From an uncultured Bacteroidales bacterium (lineage in GTDB: Bacteria; Bacteroidota; Bacteroidia; Bacteroidales; UBA4417), in contig CAJAXK010000015.1 in NCBI GenBank assembly GCA_903946925.1, positions 3,579 to 67,578 of the forward strand: a stretch of DNA of 64,000 bases, read 5' to 3'. The translations under genes were made by a program, and so were the position numbers. Positions 44,901 to 53,169 of this stretch are shown here, one piece after another. Positions within the stretch are counted from its first letter, which is position 1. Every line of letters begins with the position of its first letter. The notes under the pieces were generated by a model. The model had not been told where the DNA came from and did no database searches. It worked only from the letters and a program-made list of their open reading frames with translations.

Positions 44901-45062
44901 GTTTTTTGCTAATTGTTTAGCTAAGGCAATTGCCTGTTCGTTATTTGCGTAATTCTTCGCTTTTTTTTCGGTAATAGTTGTTACCAAAGTGAATGAAAGC
45001 TGGAAAAGACAAACTACGGCAAATGCTATTGCAAAGAAACGTATTGCGCCTTTATTCTGCAT
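41946..45062 (-). CDS. secDF: Protein translocase subunit SecDF (fused)
   Basis: 1038 aa. It has the SecD periplasmic P1 region, two six-TM bundles ([12 protein letters not shown]..., [30 protein letters not shown]...) and a SecF half with [22 protein letters not shown]. Confidence 0.95.
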   Translation of the reverse strand: [1038 protein letters not shown]

Positions 45063-45108
45063 GTGTTTAGAATTTAGGTAGTTAGATAAACTTTATTTTT
45101 TGAGCCTG

Positions 45109-45139
45109 CAAAGATAGAAATCTATTGCCAAATAACAAA
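45109..45139 (-). promoter_or_regulatory. Candidate Bacteroidota sigma-A promoter for secDF
   Basis: The minus strand reads TTTG (45139-45136), a 19-nt spacer, then TATCTTTG (45116-45109). This matches the TTTG-N19-21-TAnnTTTG consensus and lies about 45 nt upstream of the ATG. Confidence 0.55.
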
Positions 45140-45451
45140 CCTACCACAAGAAAGAAATGCAGCCTTTTATCATCTTGTTATTAACTTAATAGCTTTAAAA
45201 TTGATTTATTGCAAGAGATTCCTGCGTTTTATTGGCCCATTTTTATCCTCTATCCCGAGGTTTTTAATACCTAATTAATGATTGCTTCATTTTCAACTTC
45301 AAATGTACACTGTAGTTTATGTCAGTTTATTTTCGATTTTTATATTCTGATAGATTTCCATTCCTAAAAACAAAGCATTTGCTTTGTCCTTGTCTTTTTT
45401 TTACCTAACCAATTGCCTTAATAACGACCTTTGTAATACCTTTTATAATAC

Positions 45452-46363
45452 TTGCAAACCGAAACAAACCTATTTATTCCCAACTGTATGCTTTTCCAAT
45501 ATCTTCGAAATGCTGCAATCCTGCTAACTATTTTGGCTGGTTTCAGTGATTTTTCACTTGCTCAAAGCCAAACCCATCCGCTAACTGTTTTAACCTACAA
45601 CATCCGTTATGCCAATCCCGAAGATGCACCAAATACCTGGGCACAGAGGAAGGAGAAAGTTTTTGGCCTTATCCGCGAGGCGAAACCCGATGTTTTTGGC
45701 CTTCAGGAAGCACTGATAGAACAGGTTCTGGATGTTAGAAATGCTTTTTCAGGCTATAAATTTATAGGTGTTGGTCGTGACGATGGCAAAAAATTGGGTG
45801 AATATTCCCCTCTGTTTTTCAATTCGGAAAAATACACTTTAATGGAAAGCGGCACTTTCTGGTTGTCGCAAACACCATCGGTTCCCGGCAGCCGTGGCTG
45901 GGATGCCGCATGCAACCGTGTTGTTACCTGGGTGCATTTAAAGGAAAATACTACTGGAAAACCGTTTGTGGTTTTTTGCACCCATTTTGACCATATCGGT
46001 GAAATTGCAAGGCGGAATTCTGCCAATCTCCTACTTCAAGCCTTGGATTCGTTAGCCAAGGATAAAACTGCCATTGTACTTGGCGATTTTAACGCAACTC
46101 CCGATTCGGAACCCTATCAAATTATTACTTCTACCTCGGATCCAAAAAGTTTAACTGATGCTGGCCTGATTGATAAAAACTATACTGGCCTTCAATATAC
46201 CTATTGCGGGTTTAAAGTTGGAGGATTGCCCTGCGAAAGGATTGACTACATTTTTGTTAAAAATATATATAAGGTTGATTCGTATAAGGTAAACCCTGCC
46301 AACAACGGCACTTATTATCCTTCCGACCATTTGCCGGTTAGCGCAAGGATATTTTTGGAGTAA
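45452..46363 (+). CDS. Endonuclease/exonuclease/phosphatase (EEP) family protein, secreted
   Basis: LTVLTYNIRY, PDVFGLQEAL, LGDFNATPDS and PSDHLPV are EEP motifs. The track start is TTG. The likely true start is ATG at 45488 (MLFQYLRNAAILLTILAGFSDFSLAQ signal peptide). Confidence 0.85.
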   Translation: MQTETNLFIPNCMLFQYLRNAAILLTILAGFSDFSLAQSQTHPLTVLTYNIRYANPEDAPNTWAQRKEKVFGLIREAKPDVFGLQEALIEQVLDVRNAFSGYKFIGVGRDDGKKLGEYSPLFFNSEKYTLMESGTFWLSQTPSVPGSRGWDAACNRVVTWVHLKENTTGKPFVVFCTHFDHIGEIARRNSANLLLQALDSLAKDKTAIVLGDFNATPDSEPYQIITSTSDPKSLTDAGLIDKNYTGLQYTYCGFKVGGLPCERIDYIFVKNIYKVDSYKVNPANNGTYYPSDHLPVSARIFLE

Positions 46364-46375
46364 TCGCGAAAGTAT

Positions 46376-48709
46376 GTGAGTAACATAATGATATTGAATA
46401 TTCTGCAAATTTGGCATGAATGTAAAACCTCAATTTATAAAGTGAAAAGAAGAAAATATTTACTCTTTTGTTTAGTTGCCCTTATTGTTTCGAACAGATT
46501 CGGTGCATTTGCTCAATTATCGGCGTTACACGGTTTTGGCCGAAACGACAGTGTTATATGCTTAGGCGAAAATTCCGATACGCTTTCCTTTCCTTTTGCC
46601 GGAGGCTTGAATAGCTGCCAGTTTACCAATATGGATGTAAATTTAGATGGATTAGATGATCTATTGGTTTTCGACAGGCACGGAAACCGGATTTTGCCAT
46701 TTCTTGCCTTGTCTCTCGCAAACCCTAAATTCAGGTTTTCCTCTCAATATTCCGCTTCGTTTCCACCCATCGAACAATGGATTCAAACAGTGGATTATAA
46801 CTTTGATGGCAAAAGCGACATTTTTACCTATACTACTGGTGGGATAAAAGTATATCGCAACATTTCGGATAAAACACTGGAATTTAAGCAGGTTACAAGC
46901 CCATTCCTGCTTTCGCAACAAGGTACTACGCTAACAAATATTCTGGTTACGTATGCCGACTATCCAGCCATTGCCGACATTGACCGTGATGGCGATTTCG
47001 ATATTTTGACGTTTGGCGATTTTGGCGTTTTTGTTGAGTGGCACAAAAATCTCTCGATGGAAAATTTTGGCAAACCTGATTCACTGATTTTCCAAAAAGT
47101 TTCATCCTGTTGGGGGCAATTTGCTGAAAGCAACGAGGGCAATACTATAGTTTTGGATACTTGTTCCGGGGTATTTAATTCGTTAAAACATTCAAATGCT
47201 GCATCTAATGACCCAAAACACACCGGTTCTACTTTGCTGGTAACCGATTGGAATGAGGATGGACTTCCTGATCTTACAGTCGGCGATGTGGATTTTGGGA
47301 AACTGGTTTATCTGATTAATGGCGGAACAGTAACAAATGCAAAAATTACGTCCCAAACCAATGATTTTCCCAACCAGGCAAATCCTGTTGCGTTAAACAT
47401 ATTTCCTGCAGCCATGCAGCTTGATGCCAATAATGATGGTTTGAAAGATTTGTTGGTGTCGCCATTTGATCCTTCCCTCACAAAAGGCGAAAATTTTGAG
47501 AGCGTTAATTTATACCTTAGTAATGGGACTACATCTTTACCTAATTATAGTCTGACGTCAAAAAACTTTCTTCAGGATCAGATGCTTGATTTTGGTTCGG
47601 GTGCATATCCTGTTTTCTTTGATTATAATGGAGATGGCTTAGTGGATGTGTTGGTAGGGAATTATGGATATTACGACACTTGTACAAATACGGCTGCAAG
47701 TGGTTTTCAATGTTTTTACACGGCTAAAATTGCCTTGTTGCTCAATATTGGAACAATGCAAGAACCTGTTTTTAAGCTTGTTGACCGCAATATTGCCCAT
47801 CTGGATTCGCTTCAATTACAATCGCTTATTCCATCGGTTGCCGATATGGATGGCGATGGCGATGCCGATTTGGTTTGCGGCAACTCGAAAGGCAAGTTGG
47901 TATATTGCGAAAATGTCGCGCTTACCGGACAAGCGGCTGATTTTAAACTTGTTGACCCAGCTTGGAAATCAATTGATGTTGGCGATTTTGCCGCACCACA
48001 ACTTTTCGACTTGGATCAGGATGGGTTAACCGACCTGGTTTGTGGAAAACGGAACGGAAGTTTGAACTTTTACAAAAATATGGGCAGCGCTACCAACCCG
48101 GAGTTTACGCTTGAATCGGAATTGTTTGGCGAAGTGGATGTTACCAACACACAACTATCTAATTATGGATATAGCTTGCCATGTTTTTATAGAGATAAAA
48201 AAGGCGAAACCCTTCTTTTCGTAGGTTCCGAATTTGGCGATATCTTCGTTTATGATCAAATAGAAAATAACCTGAACGGAAAATTCAGGTTGTTGGGGAA
48301 CATTCCTAATATTAAGGAAGGCTGGCGCAGCGGGGTTGCTATCGGGAACCTGAATGGGGACACTCTTGCCGATATGCTGCTTGGCAATTACTCCGGCGGT
48401 TTGGGCCTGTTTTTCGGGAAACCGGATAAAATATTCAGGCTTGGCGAACAGCTTTTTTCAAAAATTGAATCGTTATACATTAGCCCAAATCCGGCACAAG
48501 ATAAAATATCAATATTTCCCTCCCAAGAATTCAACACTTCCAAAAGCCTTCTAATAATAAAAGGTATGGATCAGAAAATAGTAAGGTTTTATTCGCATCC
48601 CAATGTTAGAGAAGCTATTGATGTTTCGGGGTTCGCGAATGGTGTCTATCTGGTTTCATTGCTAACGGATAGGGGAATGGCAAATGGAAAACTCGTAATT
48701 TGTAGGTGA
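46376..48709 (+). CDS. FG-GAP/VCBS-repeat protein with a T9SS C-terminal sorting domain
   Basis: Repeated Ca-binding loops (DIDRDGDFDILTFG, DYNGDGLVDVLVGN, DMDGDGDADLVCGN, DLDQDGLTDLVCG). The C-terminal ISPNPAQDKISIF...GVYLVSLLTDRGMANGKLVI is a type-A T9SS CTD. The start is uncertain (GTG 46376, ATG 46388 or GTG 46442). Confidence 0.85.
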   Translation: MSNIMILNILQIWHECKTSIYKVKRRKYLLFCLVALIVSNRFGAFAQLSALHGFGRNDSVICLGENSDTLSFPFAGGLNSCQFTNMDVNLDGLDDLLVFDRHGNRILPFLALSLANPKFRFSSQYSASFPPIEQWIQTVDYNFDGKSDIFTYTTGGIKVYRNISDKTLEFKQVTSPFLLSQQGTTLTNILVTYADYPAIADIDRDGDFDILTFGDFGVFVEWHKNLSMENFGKPDSLIFQKVSSCWGQFAESNEGNTIVLDTCSGVFNSLKHSNAASNDPKHTGSTLLVTDWNEDGLPDLTVGDVDFGKLVYLINGGTVTNAKITSQTNDFPNQANPVALNIFPAAMQLDANNDGLKDLLVSPFDPSLTKGENFESVNLYLSNGTTSLPNYSLTSKNFLQDQMLDFGSGAYPVFFDYNGDGLVDVLVGNYGYYDTCTNTAASGFQCFYTAKIALLLNIGTMQEPVFKLVDRNIAHLDSLQLQSLIPSVADMDGDGDADLVCGNSKGKLVYCENVALTGQAADFKLVDPAWKSIDVGDFAAPQLFDLDQDGLTDLVCGKRNGSLNFYKNMGSATNPEFTLESELFGEVDVTNTQLSNYGYSLPCFYRDKKGETLLFVGSEFGDIFVYDQIENNLNGKFRLLGNIPNIKEGWRSGVAIGNLNGDTLADMLLGNYSGGLGLFFGKPDKIFRLGEQLFSKIESLYISPNPAQDKISIFPSQEFNTSKSLLIIKGMDQKIVRFYSHPNVREAIDVSGFANGVYLVSLLTDRGMANGKLVICR

Positions 48710-48832
48710 TTACTTATTCTCAAAAAACAGGTTGCCAATGCAAAGAATAGAGACTGTGAACAGATCAACATTTTCTTTTCAGTTTTTCTCTATCTTTACG
48801 AGTCTTGAAAAACAACTTTAATTACCACTCAC

Positions 48833-49177
48833 ATGCTTAAGATTTTCTTTATTATTTTCTTTGCGATTCTGATTATGGCATCAATAGTTGGTTTTTTTAA
48901 GGTGGCTACAGGTGAAACATATATCGAGAGCGATAATATAATAATAAGGTATATTTTAAAAGGCTGCGAGGGATCGGAAAGTTGTTCCAAGTTTTTAAGA
49001 GAGAATGGATTTCCAGTACCAATAACAAAAAAATATCTGAAATCCTTAAAAAGGGATAATCTGGCTAAATTCCTTTTTTTGATAGACGAATTGAATTATT
49101 TGATCAATAGGGAAGCATATTTAAAAAGCAAAAACAGTGAAAATTGCAATTCGGATTCGGAATCACTGTTGTCCTGA
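48833..49177 (+). CDS. Small N-terminally anchored membrane protein, paralog 1 (114 aa)
   Basis: One TM (IFFIIFFAILIMASIVGFF), then KVATGETYIESDNIIIRYILKGCEGSESCSKFL...EAYLKSKNSE. It is clearly homologous to 49408-49740. Confidence 0.6.
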   Translation: MLKIFFIIFFAILIMASIVGFFKVATGETYIESDNIIIRYILKGCEGSESCSKFLRENGFPVPITKKYLKSLKRDNLAKFLFLIDELNYLINREAYLKSKNSENCNSDSESLLS

Positions 49178-49241
49178 GAAAATATCCTAAGAGGGTTTAA
49201 CTGATTGATATATAACTTCCCTGTGGGACTTGAGATTTGGA

Positions 49242-49307
49242 GGCTTGATTTATGTTCTACCAACGGATAAGTGAATGGCAAATGTTAAGCTTGTAATTTA
49301 TAGGTGA
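49242..49307 (+). pseudogene. Relic of a T9SS C-terminal sorting domain 3' end (in-frame stop)
   Basis: GLIYVLPTDK*MANVKLVIYR* aligns with the end of the upstream gene, GVYLVSLLTDRGMANGKLVICR*, and the downstream non-coding sequence is also duplicated. Confidence 0.55.
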
Positions 49308-49407
49308 TTACTTATTTCGAGAAACAAGTTGGCTAAAAAAGATTGAATCGCCGCAACTATTTAATAATCAGTTTTATTCGCTACCTTTACAGTCTTGAAA
49401 AAAAATT

Positions 49408-49740
49408 ATGGAAATTATCGAAAATATCATGGAAACGATATTCAGTTTATTAATTGGATCTTTATTTTTTATTCCCATTCTTGGCTTTTTTAAGGTGGCA
49501 ACGGTCAAATCGCATATCGAAGGCGACAGCAATATAATACGCTATATTTTAAAAAATTGTGAAGATTCGCCTAAATGTACAACTTTTCTAATTGAGCATG
49601 GTTACCAATCGCCTTTAACAAAAGAATACTTGAAAACCATGCTGAAAAACAACCGGGAAGATTTCTTTTCTTTGGTAAACGAATTGAATGTTATAATCAA
49701 CCAGGAAGCGTATTTAAAAAGCAAAAACAGTGAAAAATAA
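49408..49740 (+). CDS. Small N-terminally anchored membrane protein, paralog 2 (110 aa)
   Basis: LLIGSLFFIPILGFFKVATVKSHIEGDSNIIRYILKNCEDSPKCTTFL...EAYLKSKNSEK. The CxxSxxC motif is conserved with paralog 1. Confidence 0.6.
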   Translation: MEIIENIMETIFSLLIGSLFFIPILGFFKVATVKSHIEGDSNIIRYILKNCEDSPKCTTFLIEHGYQSPLTKEYLKTMLKNNREDFFSLVNELNVIINQEAYLKSKNSEK

Positions 49741-50013
49741 CCTTTCTGGTTCATTAGAAGTCAGTGTGTATTTTACTCCCAAAATCACTCCTGAAATAAT
49801 GAACAATTAAAGAAAATATCTGCAAATGTCTGTAATTTAAGTCTTTAAGTAAAATGTGAATTTGTCAGTTTCATAAAAGTAAGCAAATCAGGTTTCGATT
49901 TGTTAAAGATGAAATACACCGTTACGAAAAATAGGGTTTTCCAAAAACTATGTGGAGCTAATAGCTCTCAATCAGGTTATGCCAACAATCTGATTATCCA
50001 ATAAACTAACCAA

Positions 50014-50152
50014 TGAGTCCACTCCAAAACCCTTAAAAAAAAACCACGGAGACATAGAGGACACAGAGTATTGTTAATCAGCACTATAAACTTTGTGAAA
50101 CTTAGAGTCTTTGTGCCTTTGTGGCTAAAAAAGACTTATCGGAGTGGACTCA
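50014..50152 (-). mobile_element. MITE-like repeat, copy 4 (inverted relative to copy 1)
   Basis: TGAGTCCACTCC (50014-50025) pairs with GGAGTGGACTCA (50141-50152). The reverse complement aligns nearly base-for-base with copy 1 through GCCACAAAGGCACAAAG and TTTATAG. Confidence 0.75.
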
Positions 50153-50280
50153 CTAATAGAATAATAGCTTCAATGTTTTCAAAGCAAATAGATGATATCC
50201 ATGCTTCTTTACAATAGAATTAAAGCGTACCCCAAACTTAAGTTTTATATTCTGCAACTTCAGGAAAAGTCTTTTAAATA

Positions 50281-50430
50281 TATGAAATAGCCATGATTGG
50301 AATAAATCACCAACCAAAGATGATATTATAATCAATCTGGCGAACCTTTAGCTCACGAATACCAATAAAAAACAAGCAAGGAATGAGTAATTCCATGCGA
50401 CCCCTAAAAAACAAATAATAACGCATGAAA
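50281..50430 (+). repeat. Dispersed copy of the leader/start-codon repeat seen at 41375-41650
   Basis: TATGAAATAGCCATGATTGGAATAAATCACCAACCAAAGATGATATTATAATCAATCTGGCG is the reverse complement of 41414-41476 at about 90 percent identity. It is followed by CCATGCGACCCCTAAAAAACAAATAATAACGCATGAAAA, which matches 41371-41409. Confidence 0.8.
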
Positions 50431-50438
50431 ATCCACAT

Positions 50439-50469
50439 CTTGCAGGTTGAAAATATTATACTACCTTTG
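50439..50469 (+). promoter_or_regulatory. Candidate Bacteroidota sigma-A promoter for rpsA
   Basis: CTTG (50439-50442), a 19-nt spacer, then TACCTTTG (50462-50469). It lies about 110 nt upstream of the rpsA ATG. Confidence 0.5.
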
Positions 50470-50578
50470 CACCCCATTTTAGCAGGGCAAGGTTTCAACA
50501 TTTCCGGTATGTTCAACTTTGTTCCTGACTTTCAATAAACCTAAGTTAAACCGGCCGCACCGGTAGGCCACAATTAGA

Positions 50579-52645
50579 ATGATTATTATGAGTAACGACG
50601 TTAACGTTAACGACGAATTGAACAGTGTTGAAGAAACTTCGGAAGTTGCAGCTAATGAAGCTGTTGAAACACCAGTTTCGGAAGCAGTAACTACCGAAGA
50701 AGTAGTTGTTGCAGAAGCAGAACCTGTTGCAGAAGTTGTTGTTGAAGCAGAACCTGTTGCAGAAGCTCCTGTTGCAGAAGTTCCAGCAGTTGAAGTGGTG
50801 GCAGAAGCAAAGGTTGTTGTTGAAGCACCTAAAGCACCAAAAGCCCCCGAAGCTCCAATTGTACCGGTTGAATTTGACTGGAATGCAATTGGAAAGAAAC
50901 ACGAAGCGTATGCACCTGCTGACCGCAAGCGTTTAGAAGACATTTATGACAAAACCCTTAGCTCCATTGGCGACCACGAAGTTCTTGAAGGACTTGTTGT
51001 TGGTTTAACCGGACGCGAAGTTGTTGTAAACATCGGGTTCAAATCCGATGGTGTAATTCCGGTTTCGGAAGTACGTTACAACCCCGATTTGCGCGTTGGT
51101 GACAAAATTGAGGTTTATGTCGAAAATCAGGAAGACATGGGCGGACAGCTTCAGCTTTCTCACAAAAAAGCCCGTATCCTCCGTTCATGGGAGCGCGTTA
51201 ATTCCGCTTTCGAAACACAGGAAATTATCAATGGTTTTGTAAAATGCCGTACCAAAGGTGGACTTATTGTTGACATTTTCGGTATTGAAGCTTTCTTGCC
51301 AGGTTCACAAATTGATGTTAAGCCTATCCGCGACTACGATCAGTTTGTTGAAAAGGTTATGGAATTCAAAATCGTTAAAATCAACCATGAATATAAAAAT
51401 GTGGTTGTTTCGCACAAAGCCCTTATCGAAGATGAACTGGAAGCCCAAAAAATCGAGATTATCTCGAAACTTGAAAAAGGACAGGTTCTCGAAGGAATCG
51501 TTAAAAACATCACTTCTTACGGTGTATTTATTGATCTTGGAGGTGTTGATGGACTTATCCACATCACCGACCTTTCGTGGGGACGCATCAACCATCCAGA
51601 AGAAATCGTTCAGCTTGACCAGAAAATCAATGTTGTTATCCTCGATTTCGACGAAAACAAAAAACGTATTGCCCTCGGCCTCAAACAACTTAGCGCTCAT
51701 CCATGGGATTCGCTCCGCGAAGACCTTAAAGTTGGCGAGAAAATTAAAGGCCGCGTAGTGGTTATTGCTGATTATGGTGCTTTTGTTGAAATCGCTCCTG
51801 GCGTTGAAGGTTTGATCCACGTTTCAGAAATGTCGTGGAGCCAGCACTTACGCACAGCTCAGGATTTCCTAAGGGTAAATGACGAAGTTGAAGCAGTTGT
51901 TCTTACACTCGACCGCGAAGACCGCAAAATGTCGCTCGGTATCAAACAACTCATTCCAGATCCATGGACTGACATTGTTTCGAAATATCCAAGCAACTCA
52001 CGCCATACTGCTACTGTCCGCAACTTTACCAATTTCGGTATTTTTGTTGAGCTCGAAGAAGGTGTAGATGGACTTATCCACATCAGCGACCTTTCATGGA
52101 GCAAGAAAATCAAGCATCCAGCTGAATTCACCAAAATTGGCGAAACTATTGATGTTGTAGTTCTTGATGTTGATGTTGAAAACCGCCGTTTGAGCTTAGG
52201 CCACAAACAACTCGAAGAAAACCCATGGGATGTATTCGAAAGCATTTTCACCACCGGATCAGTTCATAAAGGTACCGTTGTAAGTTCATCCGATAAGGGT
52301 GTTGTTGTAGCTTTGCCTTATGGTGTTGAAGGTTTTGCACCTACACGCCATGCTCAAAAAGAGGATGGTTCCAATCTTCAGGTTGACGAAGCTCAGGATT
52401 TCAAAGTAATTGAATTCTCGAAAGAAAATAAGAAAATTATTCTTTCACATGCTAAAATGCATCAGGATTCGAAAGCTGCTGAAAGGGCAAAAGAAGACAA
52501 GAAAGAGGAAAGTGCAGAAATGACAACCAAACGCGCAGTGAAAAAAATCAAGGACAATCTTGAAAAAACCACACTCGGCGATTTGGATGCATTAGCAAAC
52601 CTAAAAGCCTCGATGGAGAAAAAAGAAGAAGAAGATAAGAAATAA
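50579..52645 (+). CDS. rpsA: 30S ribosomal protein S1 with an acidic Val/Ala/Glu-rich N-terminal extension
   Basis: Six S1 OB-fold repeats (for example GQVLEGIVKNITSYGVFIDLGGVDGLIHITDLSW and GEKIKGRVVVIADYGAFVEIAPGVEGLIHVSEMSW). An alternative start lies at 50588. Confidence 0.95.
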   Translation: MIIMSNDVNVNDELNSVEETSEVAANEAVETPVSEAVTTEEVVVAEAEPVAEVVVEAEPVAEAPVAEVPAVEVVAEAKVVVEAPKAPKAPEAPIVPVEFDWNAIGKKHEAYAPADRKRLEDIYDKTLSSIGDHEVLEGLVVGLTGREVVVNIGFKSDGVIPVSEVRYNPDLRVGDKIEVYVENQEDMGGQLQLSHKKARILRSWERVNSAFETQEIINGFVKCRTKGGLIVDIFGIEAFLPGSQIDVKPIRDYDQFVEKVMEFKIVKINHEYKNVVVSHKALIEDELEAQKIEIISKLEKGQVLEGIVKNITSYGVFIDLGGVDGLIHITDLSWGRINHPEEIVQLDQKINVVILDFDENKKRIALGLKQLSAHPWDSLREDLKVGEKIKGRVVVIADYGAFVEIAPGVEGLIHVSEMSWSQHLRTAQDFLRVNDEVEAVVLTLDREDRKMSLGIKQLIPDPWTDIVSKYPSNSRHTATVRNFTNFGIFVELEEGVDGLIHISDLSWSKKIKHPAEFTKIGETIDVVVLDVDVENRRLSLGHKQLEENPWDVFESIFTTGSVHKGTVVSSSDKGVVVALPYGVEGFAPTRHAQKEDGSNLQVDEAQDFKVIEFSKENKKIILSHAKMHQDSKAAERAKEDKKEESAEMTTKRAVKKIKDNLEKTTLGDLDALANLKASMEKKEEEDKK

Positions 52646-52670
52646 TCATCTGTTTTCTAATCTTATATGT

Positions 52671-52710
52671 CAAGCCGGTATAGTTAACTCTGTCCGGCTT
52701 GATTTTTTTT
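52671..52710 (+). terminator. Rho-independent terminator after rpsA
   Basis: CAAGCCGG (52671-52678) pairs with CCGGCTTG (52694-52701) and is followed by ATTTTTTTT. Confidence 0.8.
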
Positions 52711-52729
52711 CGCTAAGTTTTGGGGAAGA

Positions 52730-53105
52730 GTTTAATTGCTTCGCGTTACAAGGGTTCAATTGTTTCGCGTTCGAGGTTCGATTGCTTCGAGTTCGAGGTT
52801 CGATTGTTCAAATGTTCGATTGTTCAAATGTTCGATTGTTCAATGTTCAATTGCTTCGCGTTCAAGGTTCAAAAAGTTGGCCACTGAGCCTGTCGAAGTG
52901 CAATGCTTCGCGTTCAATGTTCGAATGTTCAAATGTTCGATAGTTCAAATGTTCGATTATTCAATGCTTCGCGTTCAAGGCACAAATGTTTGATTGTTCG
53001 ATTGTTCAAATGTCCGATTGTTTAAATGTTCGATTGTTCAATGCTCCGCATTCAAAGGTTCAATTGCTTCACGTTCAAGGTTCAAAAGTCCTTTTGTTCG
53101 CTCCT
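52730..53105. repeat. Imperfect simple-sequence tract (GTTCGATTGTTCAAAT / GCTTCGCGTTCAAGG words)
   Basis: About 375 bp of ...TTGCTTCGCGTTCGAGGTTCGATTGTTCAAATGTTCGATTGTTCAAATGTTCGATTGTTCAATG..., interrupted by GGCCACTGAGCCTGTCGAAGTG. Confidence 0.9.
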
Positions 53106-53169
53106 CTGATTTTTTTAGTAGAATATTGCTTCCCTACCCCCCAGCCCCTAACCCCCAATCCCTAAAACA

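Noticed and set aside
50479-50943. Minus-strand ORFs 50479-50943 and 50546-50902 (Ser/Thr/Ala-rich and Cys/Phe/Asn-rich)
   Set aside because: They are antisense products of the GAA/GTT/GCA repeat that encodes the S1 N-terminal extension, and both have low-complexity compositions.
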